From: Camelus dromedarius | Lineage: Eukaryota | Reading direction: 5' to 3' | Assembly (NCBI RefSeq): GCF_036321535.1 | Contig: NC_087437.1 | Span: forward strand, 4,092,001 to 4,156,000 | DNA: 64,000 bases | In this document: one piece after another, positions 50,333-62,253 of the stretch | Layout: every line of letters begins with the position of its first letter | Numbering within the stretch: the stretch's first letter is position 1 | Notes under the pieces: generated by a model | What the model was told of the DNA's origin: nothing | The model's database searches: none | The model's input: the letters and a program-made list of their open reading frames with translations, nothing else | Made by a program: the position numbers and the translations under genes

Positions 50333-53300
50333 CGGAAAAGAACAGAACGAATTACTATGCAGACCAGGGAGGGTGCAGTCTAGAAATTCCCAGAGGATGA
50401 GCAGCTACTAGGTTAGATTTAATTTCCTCTTTTTGTATTCCGGGGTTAAATATTAGTGTTCAATCACTCAGAAATACTGAACTGCTTTGGTAAACCTCAC
50501 AGAGTAAGGATCCAATTTTGCCAGCTGTTCATTAAATGAAAAATATATATACATATAACCTCAGGAATTTAATTAGAAAGGCAGAGGTCCAAGGATGTGA
50601 TAATCGCTTGAGAAAGTTACATTTCAGGCAGCTTTTCCTTTCCAAGTGAACCAAGGAAACTCTTAATTGCATTCTGTTCTTTTTTTCCCTCCTTATCACA
50701 GCCTGATTTTTTTCCAAATGATTTTTTTTCCAAAATGCCCTTGGGAAGTAAACATTTTTGAACAGCTAACTTCTCGTATGAAGATTAAGCACACCAGCCG
50801 CTCTGGTCCGAAGCTGCAGTGTCTTTTAAAACAGAGCACAAGTCAGAGGGCTCCGGCGGACCTCCTTCGGGTCCCAGGCATAACACTCACCAACAGTGAG
50901 ATCATTGTCTTTTCTGCAGAAGACCAGCTCCAAGGAAGAAAGAAGAAATGTCATAGACTCAAGGGGCCCCTGTAGAGTCTCAGAGGTGACACAGAGCAGT
51001 GCTGGCTTCCTGACGAAACAGCCGAGGCGCCCATTAGGAGCTTCTGAAGTACATTTTGGTGGGCCCTTCCTCCCTCAAATAAAAAAGTACAGAGTTTGGA
51101 GGGGGATCTACTTTAAAAGGGAAAGTAGCTTGAGTCACTGGTCCTAGTCCAAGTTAAGAGGCCTTAGGCCAGCCTTTTAACTTAAACTCTCAGAGACTCA
51201 TTTTCCCCATCTGTAAACTAGTGGTTCTGACATACTTACTTATTCATTCATTTATTTATACCAGGCCCTGAGTTAGGCAGCAGGTGGGCCATGGTGAGGA
51301 AAACTGGATGTGGTCTTTGCCTCGTGGGTCTTCTAAGCCATCCTATTTCTGAAAGAACGGCATGGAGAAGTGTAGTCACAGCAGTGCCACATGCTGTAAG
51401 GAACAGGTTTGTCTAAGGCCCCGCGGCCCATCCATCAGGGAGTTGGGGCAATAGTATCTTCGAATCTAACCACCTCTCACCACCTCCCACCCATGTCCAT
51501 GCAGCCATTGCTTCTTGCCTGGATTACGATGCTGACGCTGACACTTCTTCATGTTCTGACTTTTGTCCTTCTTAATAGATTCTCCAGTCATTAATCAGAG
51601 TGACTTTCAAGTCATACCTTAGATCAATATCCCCATGTTCAAAATCTCCAATGACTTTCCATCAGGCTTAGATGAGATGCCAACATCCCGTGCATGGCCC
51701 CCAAGTCTCTGCGGGAGACGGGCCATGATCTGCTGATCTGCTGTCATCCTCTTCACCCTCCCCCACCCCTCCCCCACCCCCCAGCCACACTGGTCTCCTT
51801 GTTCTCACGCCAATGTTGTTCCTGCCCCAAAATGTCCTTTCCCCCAGGCAGCCCTGCTTGGCTCCCAAGTTCACTCAGGTTTCTGCTCAGATGTCACCTC
51901 CTCAGAGACGCCCTCCTGACCACCTCATCCAAAATAACCTCCTGCTTCCTTACAGTCAGCCACGACCCCACGAAATACCTCTGTTTCTTCCCCTCGTGTT
52001 TAGCACATATTTGTTGACTTTATTCTTTATGTCCTTCCTGGAGGTGGGACTTTGTCCACATCGTTTTCCAGCGCCTAAAATAAGGCTTATACATCAAAAG
52101 GTGTCCCATAAGTATCTGTTGAATTATTGTATACTGTGTTGACATGTAATAACAGAATCGATTAACTCAGAGGTCAGGATCGGCTTCCTTTAGGGACTGC
52201 TGTCTAAGCTGATATCTGGAGGAATGGTGAGCATTAACAAGGCCAAAAGGAGTGTGTGCCAGGAGGGAGGAGAGCCTGTGTAAATGTCCTGTGGCAGGAA
52301 GGAGAACAGAGTGCTCATGGAACCAAAGCAATTCCAGTATGTCTAGAACACAGAGCCATGGGGAGCCTAGCCCTTGGTGAGGCTGGAAAAGAAGTAGCCA
52401 GCCATGCATGGCTTTGCAGGATCTATGAATGATTTGTCTTTATCCTGAGATAAGTGTGATAAAATCATTAAAAGATTTTAATTGTGGGAAGGATGGAGGA
52501 GGAACCAATCACTCTATTTACAAAACATCCTTGAAATGCTTTGTAAGCCCCATTTTTGCCCTGAAATTCTCGAAACCTATGAAAGATCAAACAGCAAAAT
52601 GAGAATGGACTTTTTAAAATACTCATCAGAGTCAACTTCAATGGCAGAAATTCGGCCCACAGAGTTTTGTCACTACTTCACATCTTCACTCTGAGATTTT
52701 ATGTTCGTGTTGAATTGAGCACACTCCCTTTCTCCCCTCCCCTAAATAATATTGAGTCAACATCTCTTACCATGAAAACCTGACTTCTGATCTATAATTT
52801 GGACCAGGCAGGGCTCTACGTGGAGCTTTAGTGTTAGAAGTTTCTAGGCTTTAGAAGCACACATTTTATGGCTGACCCAGCAGAATAGACAGGTAGCAGT
52901 GTCAAGGCTTGGATTGTACCACACCATGAATTCAAACCCACTGGCCACAGATGCACCTTGAAACCTCAGACCTCATCAGTGACAGGGGATAATGATAGTG
53001 TATCACCTTCCTCATTGGGTTGTTGTCACTTAAATGTGATAACGTATATAAAAGTGCTTAATAAGTGATGAGTTAATTGACGTAGAGTTTGGAGTATTCA
53101 AAGATCTACTGTGTGAAAAAAATCTGGAGCCAACTGTCTCTCTCTCCATGGGTGGTTCTAGCCGTGTCACCTATTGCTGCTGGCTAGGCTGGTGGCATGG
53201 CCACAGCTGTGAATGCAGGGCACACATCTCCTTTCTCAGCGGGGAGTCTGGCAGACATGCGAAGTCAGGAATGACAACCTCTCCTTCGGTGTCCAGTGCT

Positions 53301-53659
53301 CTCCCCAACCCAACCGCTTTCAAGCTGCTGGTTGAGATGCGAATGGAACGTCTATGCCCAATCGCAACTTTCTCCATGAAGAAACTGGAAAAGTTGATGG
53401 AGCGCTGAGAAATAAAACAAATGAACAAATCAGTGAAAACCGTCAAGCTCTGGGGGAGAAAAAGTCATCGATCTAAAGGATTTTGGATTATTATAAATAA
53501 TGTTGCTGTTAATAGCAAGGCGTATGTATCTTTTTGAATTGATTCTTATTTTGTGATTGGCTTTATTCCTTTGATAACTATGTAACTTTAAAAAGCAAAA
53601 GCTCTAAACGTTCTTAGAAATAATGAACAGTACATATATGTAAATTAAAAAATATATGT

Positions 53660-54190
53660 GCGGTGAAAAAAAAAAAGATCTATCAAGCCATGAAAGACAT
53701 GGAAGAAACTCAAGAGACATATTACTAAATGCAAGAAGCCAGTCTGAAAAGGCTACAAACTGTACGATTCCAACCAAATGACATTCTGGAAAATGCACTA
53801 CAGAAACAACAAAAAGATCGTGGTTTCCAGGGGTTTGGGGATAGGGAGGGAGGGAGGAATGAATAGATGGAGCACAAGAGATTTTTAGGGCCATGAAATG
53901 ATTCTGTATGATACTATAGGGTGGCTGCATGTTCTTATGCAATTGTCAAAGCCCACAGAATGCACAACATCAAGAGTGAACCCTAATGTAAACTATGGAC
54001 ATTGGTTGATAATAATGTGCCCATGTTGGTTCATCGATTGTACCAAATATGCCACCCTGATGAGGGATGTTGACGGTAGGGGAGCATATATGTGTGGGTG
54101 CGGAGGGCTGTGTGCAAACTCTGTATTTTCTGCTCAATTCTGCTGTAAACCTGAAACTGCTCCAAAAGAATAAAGTCTATTAAAAAAAAA
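53660..54190 (+). mobile_element. Old L1MB/MC-type 3' end
   Basis: gaagccagtctgaaaaggctaca...gtgaaccctaatgtaaactatggac...aaacctgaaactgctccaaaagaataaagtctattaaaa. Confidence 0.85.
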
Positions 54191-55696
54191 TACAGGATTT
54201 TGCATCCAGGGGTACATAATTATGGATTTAGGAGGTGGGTCTCAAACACAGACAACCCTATGAACCATCCATTTACCAACAATTTCTTAGGACCACGATT
54301 GTTACTGACAAATGACTGTGTGCCCAACTTGGTGGGAGATGGAGAAACAAAGGGCATTTACATACTTTGTGTATCAGAGCTGAGCAGGCACCCCTGGCCC
54401 AGTGAACTTGAAAACTGGATTGCCACAGACTTAGGGAGGTGAGCCAGAACAGTGAGTGACCCAATGACACCCAAAAGTCTTGAACGTGTGCAGACAGCTC
54501 CCCGAGGCGCTATCACCCTCCTTTCCACCCCAATTATGTGCGTAACTGGCTCCCCATTACTAAAATCTAAAAAGCTTTTTGCCTTAATCATTGACCAGAG
54601 CAGGTCAGTTAATTTGTTTAGTGCTTGCCTCCCCCCCCACCCCCCGCCCCAGTTAAATCACCTACAAATGTGCACTAAGGTTTGTGAGCATTTTCACAAG
54701 TTCTTGGAGATCCAAGAATTAGATGCTTAGTGGTGTGTTTTAGAACAATGACAGCAGTCGTGGAGGAGGCAGAAACCAAGGGGGACCTGCAGTTGAGAAT
54801 AATTTCTTAAGGCAAAATTCTTGGAAAAAACTCCTCAGTTTAGAGACCACATTCGTGGCATTAATCCAGGAAATGCAGATGTCAAAATCCCAGGAGAAGA
54901 AGGATTATTTGGAAGAAGCCGTGTGAGGGAATTAGATACCATTATATGCTATTCTATCAGTTCTGTTTCCAAACACACCCTCTGTGCAGGGCTTGACAGC
55001 AGGATTCTTGTACTAGATGACACTTTCCGCCCTGTGGGTTCCACCCAAAGCGCCCTTTAAACTTACACATCCTGGAATGAGGACTGTACCGGCTCACAAC
55101 ATCTCAGAGTCAAGTCAAGCATAACACTGATCTTGCTGAATCTAAAAGAACAATCATCTATTCAGCACCGACCAACCAAATACTCTCGATCTCTCTGTGC
55201 TTGATATGGTTTCCACTTTAGATGTGAAAATAAAGAAAAAGAATAGGAAAAGGAACAAAAATATATGTGCAACTGAATCACTATGGTATTTACCAGAAAT
55301 TAACACAACATTGTAAATTGACTCTACTTCAATAAAAAAAATTATTGAGGAACTGTCCCCCCCACCCAAAAGGATATTATGATGTCAACACTATTCTGTA
55401 CTTCTTTTTCCACTTAATATATCACAGAACTCCATGTCACTAAATATTTAGAGAATTCTCAATTCACTAAATATTATTAATGGTTCCATAGTAATTCATT
55501 GTGTGGGTGTATTAGAATTTGTTTAACTAATCCTGTATTTTGGGGTAATCAGGCTACTTTCAATTTTTATTTTTTATAAATATGTCCTTTCAAATATTCT
55601 TCAAACAAATCTTTGAGCATTCTTACCACGATCTTACCTAGAAATAGAAATATAGGGATCAAATGATGTGCAAAAGTTTAAGGATTTTTCAACACA

Positions 55697-56950
55697 GCTT
55701 AAAGACTTAAACATAAGACAAGACACTATAAACCTGTTAGAAGAAAACACAGGCAAAATATTTTTCAGACATAAATCTTAGCCATGTTCTCCGAAGGCAG
55801 TCTACCCAGGCAACAGAAATAAAAGCAAAAATTAACAAATGGGACCTAATTAAACTTCCAAGCTTTTGCACAGCAAAGGAAACCATAAGCAAAACAAAAA
55901 GACAACCTACAGAACGGGAGAAAATATTTGCAAAAGATGAGACTGACAAGGGCTTAATTTCCAGAATATATAAACAGCTCATACACCTTAATAACAAAAA
56001 AACCAAACAACCCAATCTAAAAATGGGCAGAAGACCTAAACAAGCAATTCTCCAATGAAGACATAAAATTGGCCAAGAGGCACATGAAAAAATTCTCAAT
56101 ATCACTAATTATCAGAGACATGCAAATCGAAACTACCTCACATCAGTCAGAATGGCCATCATTCAAAAGTCCACAAGCGATAAATGCTGGAGAGGCTGTG
56201 GAGAAAAGGGAGCCCTCCCATACTGCTGGTGGGAATGCAGTTTGGTGCAGCTGTTATGGAAAACAGTGTGGAGATTCCTCAAAAGACTGAAAATAGACTT
56301 GCCATATGACCCAGCAATCCCACCCCTGTGCATATATACAGAGGGAACGTTAAAAAAGAGATACATGCACCCCAATGTTCATAGCAGCAGTCTTTACAAA
56401 GCCAAGACATGGAAAGAAACTAAATGTCCATCGACAGATGGATAAAGAAGCTGTGGTATATTTATACAATGGAATATTACTCAGCCATAAAAATAGTAAA
56501 ATAATGCCATTTGCAGTAACATGGATGGACATAGAGAATGTCATTCTAAGTGAAGTAAGCCAGAGAAAGAAAAACACCATATGATATCCCTTATATGTGA
56601 AATCTAAAAAAAAAAAAAAAGACATATAAACTTATTTATAAAACAGAAACAGACTCACAGACATATAAAACGAACTTACAGTTACCAGGGGGGAAGTGAG
56701 TGGGAAGGGATAAACTGGGAGTTCAAGATTTCCAGATACTAACTAATATATATATAAAATAGATAAACAAGTTCATACTGTATAGCACAGGGAACTATAT
56801 TCAATATCTTGTGGTAACTTATGGTGAAAAAGAATGTGAATATATGTATGTTCATGTATGACTGAAACATGCTGTACACCAGAAATTGACACAACATTGT
56901 AAACTGGCTATATACTTCAATAAAAATATATACAAATAAACAAAAAAACA
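55697..56950 (+). mobile_element. 5'-truncated L1 (ORF2 C-terminus and 3'UTR)
   Basis: Highly similar to 39415-40680; poly-A tail. Confidence 0.9.
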
Positions 56951-57063
56951 GTTTTTAAGAGTTTTGACACTGAGGGTCAAATTGACTGGAAATTTTACAA
57001 AATAAACAAATAAATAAGGTTCAGAGATCTTATGTGCCTTGCCCTTGGTGATCAGCTAGGAAG

Positions 57064-57677
57064 TGAGACAGGAGGGAAGGGGGCAGGGCACAGCCACCAA
57101 AAGAATGACGCAGCCATCAGCATGAGATGGTGGAAGAGTCAACTCCCAGTGGACCTTGAGCTTCAACACACGCTCATCACAATACAGTAGCTTCTAAATG
57201 GTGCTCCTGCAGGTGCCAGGACAGTTTCAAGGCTGGCCATTAAAAGTCCAAGGACAAGTGACGTCCCAATTCCCAGAATCCCACCCCCTTCTCCAAAGCA
57301 GTTGGAATAATCCTCCCACTTGTTAGCATATGAAGTTACCGAGCCCATGAAAACAACAAACCCCCACACCCCGTGGCCACTCTCCCTTCTGAGTGAGACG
57401 GCCCGCACTCTGTCTATGGAGTGTGTACCTACTTCTACTTTGAACTAAGCACCCAACCCTGCATGCACCTCATGGCCTTTCTCTTGCCTTCCGAAATGTC
57501 CCGCACTCTATGGAGTATGTATCTCTCTGAACAAATCTACCTTTACTCATCTGTGACTCGCTCTTGAATTCTTTCCTGCGTGAAGCCAAGGACCCTCACT
57601 TGGTGGAGCGCATCCCAGGGACTCGACTGAGACCTGGGACACGGCCATCATCATGCCCGGTCTTTTTTCCTGTATCA
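57064..57677 (+). mobile_element. Solo LTR, ERV1-type (614 bp, 4-bp TSD)
   Basis: gaag|TGAGACAGG ... CCTGTATCA|gaag with imperfect terminal inverted repeats. Confidence 0.88.
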
Positions 57678-58635
57678 GAAGGAAGCTGATTTCAGCTCAT
57701 TTATTCATAAAATAGCTATTTACTGTGCATCTCCTAAGGGGCTAGCACAGAAGATAGCCTGGTGACATGGACCACAAAGTCATCACGGTTCGGCAGGGAA
57801 CCATGGAAGACCAGGGTGTAGAGGGGACCCAGGGCGGAGTACCTGACCTAGTGGAGGGGTTCAGTAACACCCTCCCAAGGACATATTAGCTGAGCCCTAA
57901 AGGGAGAGAAGGAGTTAGCCAGACTTAGAGTGTAGAGAATATTATTCTAGGGAGAGGAAATTCCAAGTGCAAATGGCAGGAGGTAAGAGAGAGAGCAAGG
58001 GCCCCTTGCAGACCAATAGGATTGCAAGTGGTGGCAAAGAAGCAGCGGGAGGCAGGAGAGGTGGATAAATGCTGGATGGTGGGAAGACTTGCAACCATGT
58101 TCTGGATTCTGGCTTTTATCCAAAGTCACTGGAGCATTTAAGCACCGGAAAGTCTGAGCAGACAGTTTTGGGAAATTCACTCAAGCTGAAACATGGAAAA
58201 TGCTAGGAGTGGAGTGAGACCAGAGGCAGGGAGGTGGACCAGGAGGCAGTGGTTGTCTGGGCAGGAGAGAATGGTGTTTGGGAACCAGGGACAGGGATGA
58301 TGAGGAGGACAGGGAGGACTCTGCAGAGATCAGTAGGAAATAAAATTGTCAGATGGGGAGACAGACTGGATAGGATTGTTGATGAAGGCTAGGAAGGGCG
58401 ACAGGGCTTCGAGGCTACTTCAGAGTTTTCCGCTGGGGCCATTAGGTTGTGCCAGTCACAGGACGAGGGGCGGGTTTGTGCAGAAGGGAAGGAAGGGCGT
58501 TTGGGATTTGTTGGGTTTGTCGGGGGAGATGCTGAAGCGCCTTGTGGGCAGTTAGATGTCTGAGTCTGGAGTTCCCAGGGGAGGTCTGGCTTGGGGTGGG
58601 GCTGAGGGGTGGTGGATTCGGAAGTAATTGGTAAA

Positions 58636-59340
58636 TGTGATGGTAAGTTTTATGTGTCAACTTGACTGACCTAAGGGATGGTAAAACATTATTTCTGGGT
58701 GTGACCTTGAGGGTGTTTCCGGAAGAGATTCGTATTTGAATGGACAGATTGAGTAAGAAAACCGCCTTCCCCAATGCCAGTGGGCATCATCCCATTAATT
58801 GGGGGCCTGATTAGAACACAAAGGTGGAAGAAGAGCGAATGGGCTCTTTTTGTTTGAGCTGGAACATCCATCATTTACTCCCTCCCTTGGACATTGGTGT
58901 TCTTTTATTTATTTATTTATTTTTAACTTTTTATTGAAGTGTAGTTGATTTACAATGTTAGTTTCAGGTGTACAGCAAAGTGATTCAGTTATACGTCTAC
59001 ATACATATATATATTCTTTGCAGATTCTTTCCCCTTGTATGTCATTACAAGAAATTGAATATGGTTCCCTGTGCTATGCGGTAGGACCTTGTTTATTTTA
59101 TATACAGTAGTGCGTATCTGTTAATCCCCACCCCCCTAAATTTATCTCTCCTTCTCCCTTTTTCCTTTGGTGACCATGGTGATTCTCAGGCAGACTCAGA
59201 CTGATGACAGCACTGGCTTTCCTGGTCCCCTGGTTTGCAAGTGACAGATCATAGAATTTCTCAGCCCCCCAATCATGTGAGCCAGTTACCATCATTGATA
59301 ACCTTATCTGCATATCTCTATGGAGAATGCTAATACAGTA
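58636..59340 (+). mobile_element. MLT2-type LTR interrupted by a minus-strand L1 3' end (about 58903-59180)
   Basis: tgtgatggtaagttttatgtgtcaacttgactg is the MLT2 start; ends gagaatgctaataca. Confidence 0.82.
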
Positions 59341-61964
59341 AAGAAATGGTACCAAAGCTGTAACAGGAACACGCACCAGAAATCCTGAGAGCCAGTTCCG
59401 TCTTCACGGAGCATGGGTTTGAGCCGCTCCCCACAACTCGCGGAAGGGCTCTCTGTGGTCTCTCTCTAACGATGGGGTTACACCAAACCCTCACTTACGT
59501 CCCCTCCATGTCCTCATGACACAGTTCTCAAAGAGCTGATGTGAATTCAGGATGAGGTCCTAACCAACAAGCTAAGTGACACAGACGCAAGTGAAACAGC
59601 ACTGGCTGGGGACAGAATTCTCTTCTCCAGTGTGGACAGCAAGAATTCCATTCTCGATTCACTTTTGGGCTAGAATGGAATCAGCAGGCTACTTAGAGCT
59701 GAAGCACTGCATTTACTCAAATAGTGAACAAGCTTGTGGTTGGTTGAGTATTCCCCAAAGCAGGTTCTGGACAAGAATTTGTGTGATCGGTTTATTTAGG
59801 AGGTGACCTCGGGCAGCACTGGTAGAGGAGTGGGGAAGGGACCCAGGGAGGGCAGGGAACCAGGTCATCTTGTCAATGAGCAAGTGGGCTGAACATTCCG
59901 GGCGGCTGGAGCACATCCCTTTGGACACCTCTGGAAGAAGAGATGGGTCAGACCTCAAGAGTGGCTTCCCCCAAGGTGTGAGAAGGCTAAGGATGTTTAT
60001 TCACCAGCTTTCATCTGGAATTGGGTGAAAGGTTGCTCCCAGGCCCTTCTGGCCTGCTCCGGTCACCCAGGCTCCCTTCGGCTCTCAAGGGTACTTTAAG
60101 CAAGAAGCCTGCACCACAGCACTGAAATGGTGAATGCAGAAGGAATGAGGGTGGGACTCTGACATCCTCTGCTAGCCAGCAGAAAAAGAGGAAAGTCTGG
60201 GCCTTAGGGAAAGCTGCTACAATGTATAACATCGCCCTTTTAGTTTTGTAGTCCCAGAAAAGTGTGGAAGTAAAGGTGATTATAGAGTTATCTACCCTCT
60301 GGCTTACTTACATATGCACCAAAGATGGCATATGGACCATTGGCTACACCATGGCATTTTTTTTTTCCCCAAACAAAAATAGCCAAGTGTGGCTATGACT
60401 TGCTCCTGATCTTCAAAGTTCTATTGTATTTGGACTCATGCAATGGAGAGTTGCAGTCACCATATTTTGCCAGATGTTAATCAAGCTGTTTTTAAAGGAC
60501 TCAGTGAGTGATTAGCTTAAGGGTTTTCAGGCCAACGCTAAGGCCTTTGCCAACTAACTCTGGCCAAATCTTTCCCTTCCAAAGTTTAGGATATAGTGCT
60601 TAAAGCATGAGAAAAACGTTTCAGAGTAAAATCAATACCCAACCTTTAACTATAAATGGTTAAAGGGTGGTTAAATGTATATTTATGATCTCTTTGTGAC
60701 TTGAAGGGGTTGCTGAGGTTTCATTCATAAGACTGACTAAGTCTTAGGTTATCATAAGACAATTAAGTTTGTAGGTTCTCTCTTCCTTCAGCCACTCCAC
60801 TGTTTGAGCATCTGGGGGAAAACTTTCTCCTCACGGCAAAATTAAATCAGCAAATTCCCTGAGACTTGTTGTTTGGAACCAGAAAAAGTGTTCACTTTTA
60901 GGGTTTATCTCAGTCAATCAAGACAACTCATAAAGGTAAGATTCAGAGTCTGTTTCTTGCTTTAGCAAAACTGAAGATCAGAAGCCAAGACATGAGCAGA
61001 GGTGACACCACCTCCTTTGGCTTGTCTGCATTTTCTAAGCACATCGGCTCCAGATGTACATGAAAAGTATCCTGCAGCCAAGCTTTCGAAATTTTAAGTC
61101 ATTCATTTCTCAGACATTTGTGGAACACCAGGTACTGTGGGAAACAGTAGGGATGTGAGAGGTGCGAGAGACCTTTTCTTCCACACAGGGTTTATGTTAG
61201 CCAAACTGTATCCATTTTTATTCATGGTAATCTCTTCTAAATTTCCCTGTAAGCATCTTGGGGTCACCCCAAGAAAAGACAAGTTTGGAAGGAAGGTGAG
61301 GAACCTGGAGATGGAATGAGAACAAGGCCGTCTAATATTATGTCTTAATTAAAAAGTCTGGCTTTTAATTATTCACTGTTCTGTAAAGTATCCTCTATGC
61401 CTTAGAAATTCTCCATTCCCTTGAAGAATTTAAGGTTTCTTCGCAGGGCGGGCTTTATTTTACAATTCTGAAAATGTAAAGAGAATACTTTTCTGCTGAA
61501 AGTAGGAAGATAATTTTTGTTACCACAAAACCGTTATCCAAAGAAACTAAAACACCAGGAGCATTTTTCAAAGACTTCTACTTGCAGGAACAGTTTGATT
61601 TCTCTAGAAAAAGTTTCTCCACACTGTAAAGCAGGAGATAAGAGATATGGACTGAAATTGGAATAATCACAACTCCCACACCTCTTCCAGGACGGCAGCA
61701 TGCCTGAGTGACAGGTCTCGCCTTAAATGATCTCTGCAAACTGGAACGCTTCCAAGCGAAAAGGGAGATACAAAGTTTGGCGAGTTACACAATGTCTTAA
61801 TCACGTGTCACACTCCATGGAAACAAGGTATTTCAGTGAGGTCAAAACATGGAATAAAATTGGCCACAACACTCAATACATTATTAGGAACTCTTTCTTT
61901 TATTTAAAACATTTTTTTCCCTTCCAGTTTTACTGAGACCTAACTGACATATAGCACTGTATAC

Positions 61965-62100
61965 TTTTTTGGGGGGGTGGGAGGGGAGGTGATTAGGTTG
62001 TATTTGTTTATTTATTTATTTTAATGGAGGTACTGAGGATTGAACCTCAAACTTTGTGCTTGCTAGACAAGCATTCTATCACTGAGCAATACCCTCCCCC
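61965..62100 (-). mobile_element. tRNA-Ala-derived SINE
   Basis: Reverse-complement SINE ending ...actgagcaataccctccccc. Confidence 0.82.
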
Positions 62101-62180
62101 AACCAGGGACATTTCTATTAGCCTTACCACCTCCCTCGCCATCACCCTCATCTATTGAGCACATATTGTACCTGGCATTT

Positions 62181-62253
62181 ACATGGAGGTACTGGGAATT
62201 GAACCCAGGACCTCGTGCATGCCAAGCACGCAGCTCCACCATGGAGCTATTGC
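62181..62253 (-). pseudogene. Tailless tRNA-Ala/SINE-head retrocopy with a 10-bp TSD
   Basis: A tRNA-length body only, flanked by cctggcattt (62171-62180 and 62254-62263). It lacks the SINE 3' tail and poly-A. Confidence 0.7.

Noticed and set aside
2717..62253. Functional tRNA-Ala genes
   Set aside because: The copies are mutually diverged, carry SINE tails, poly-A and TSDs, and have broken stems. They are retroposed copies.
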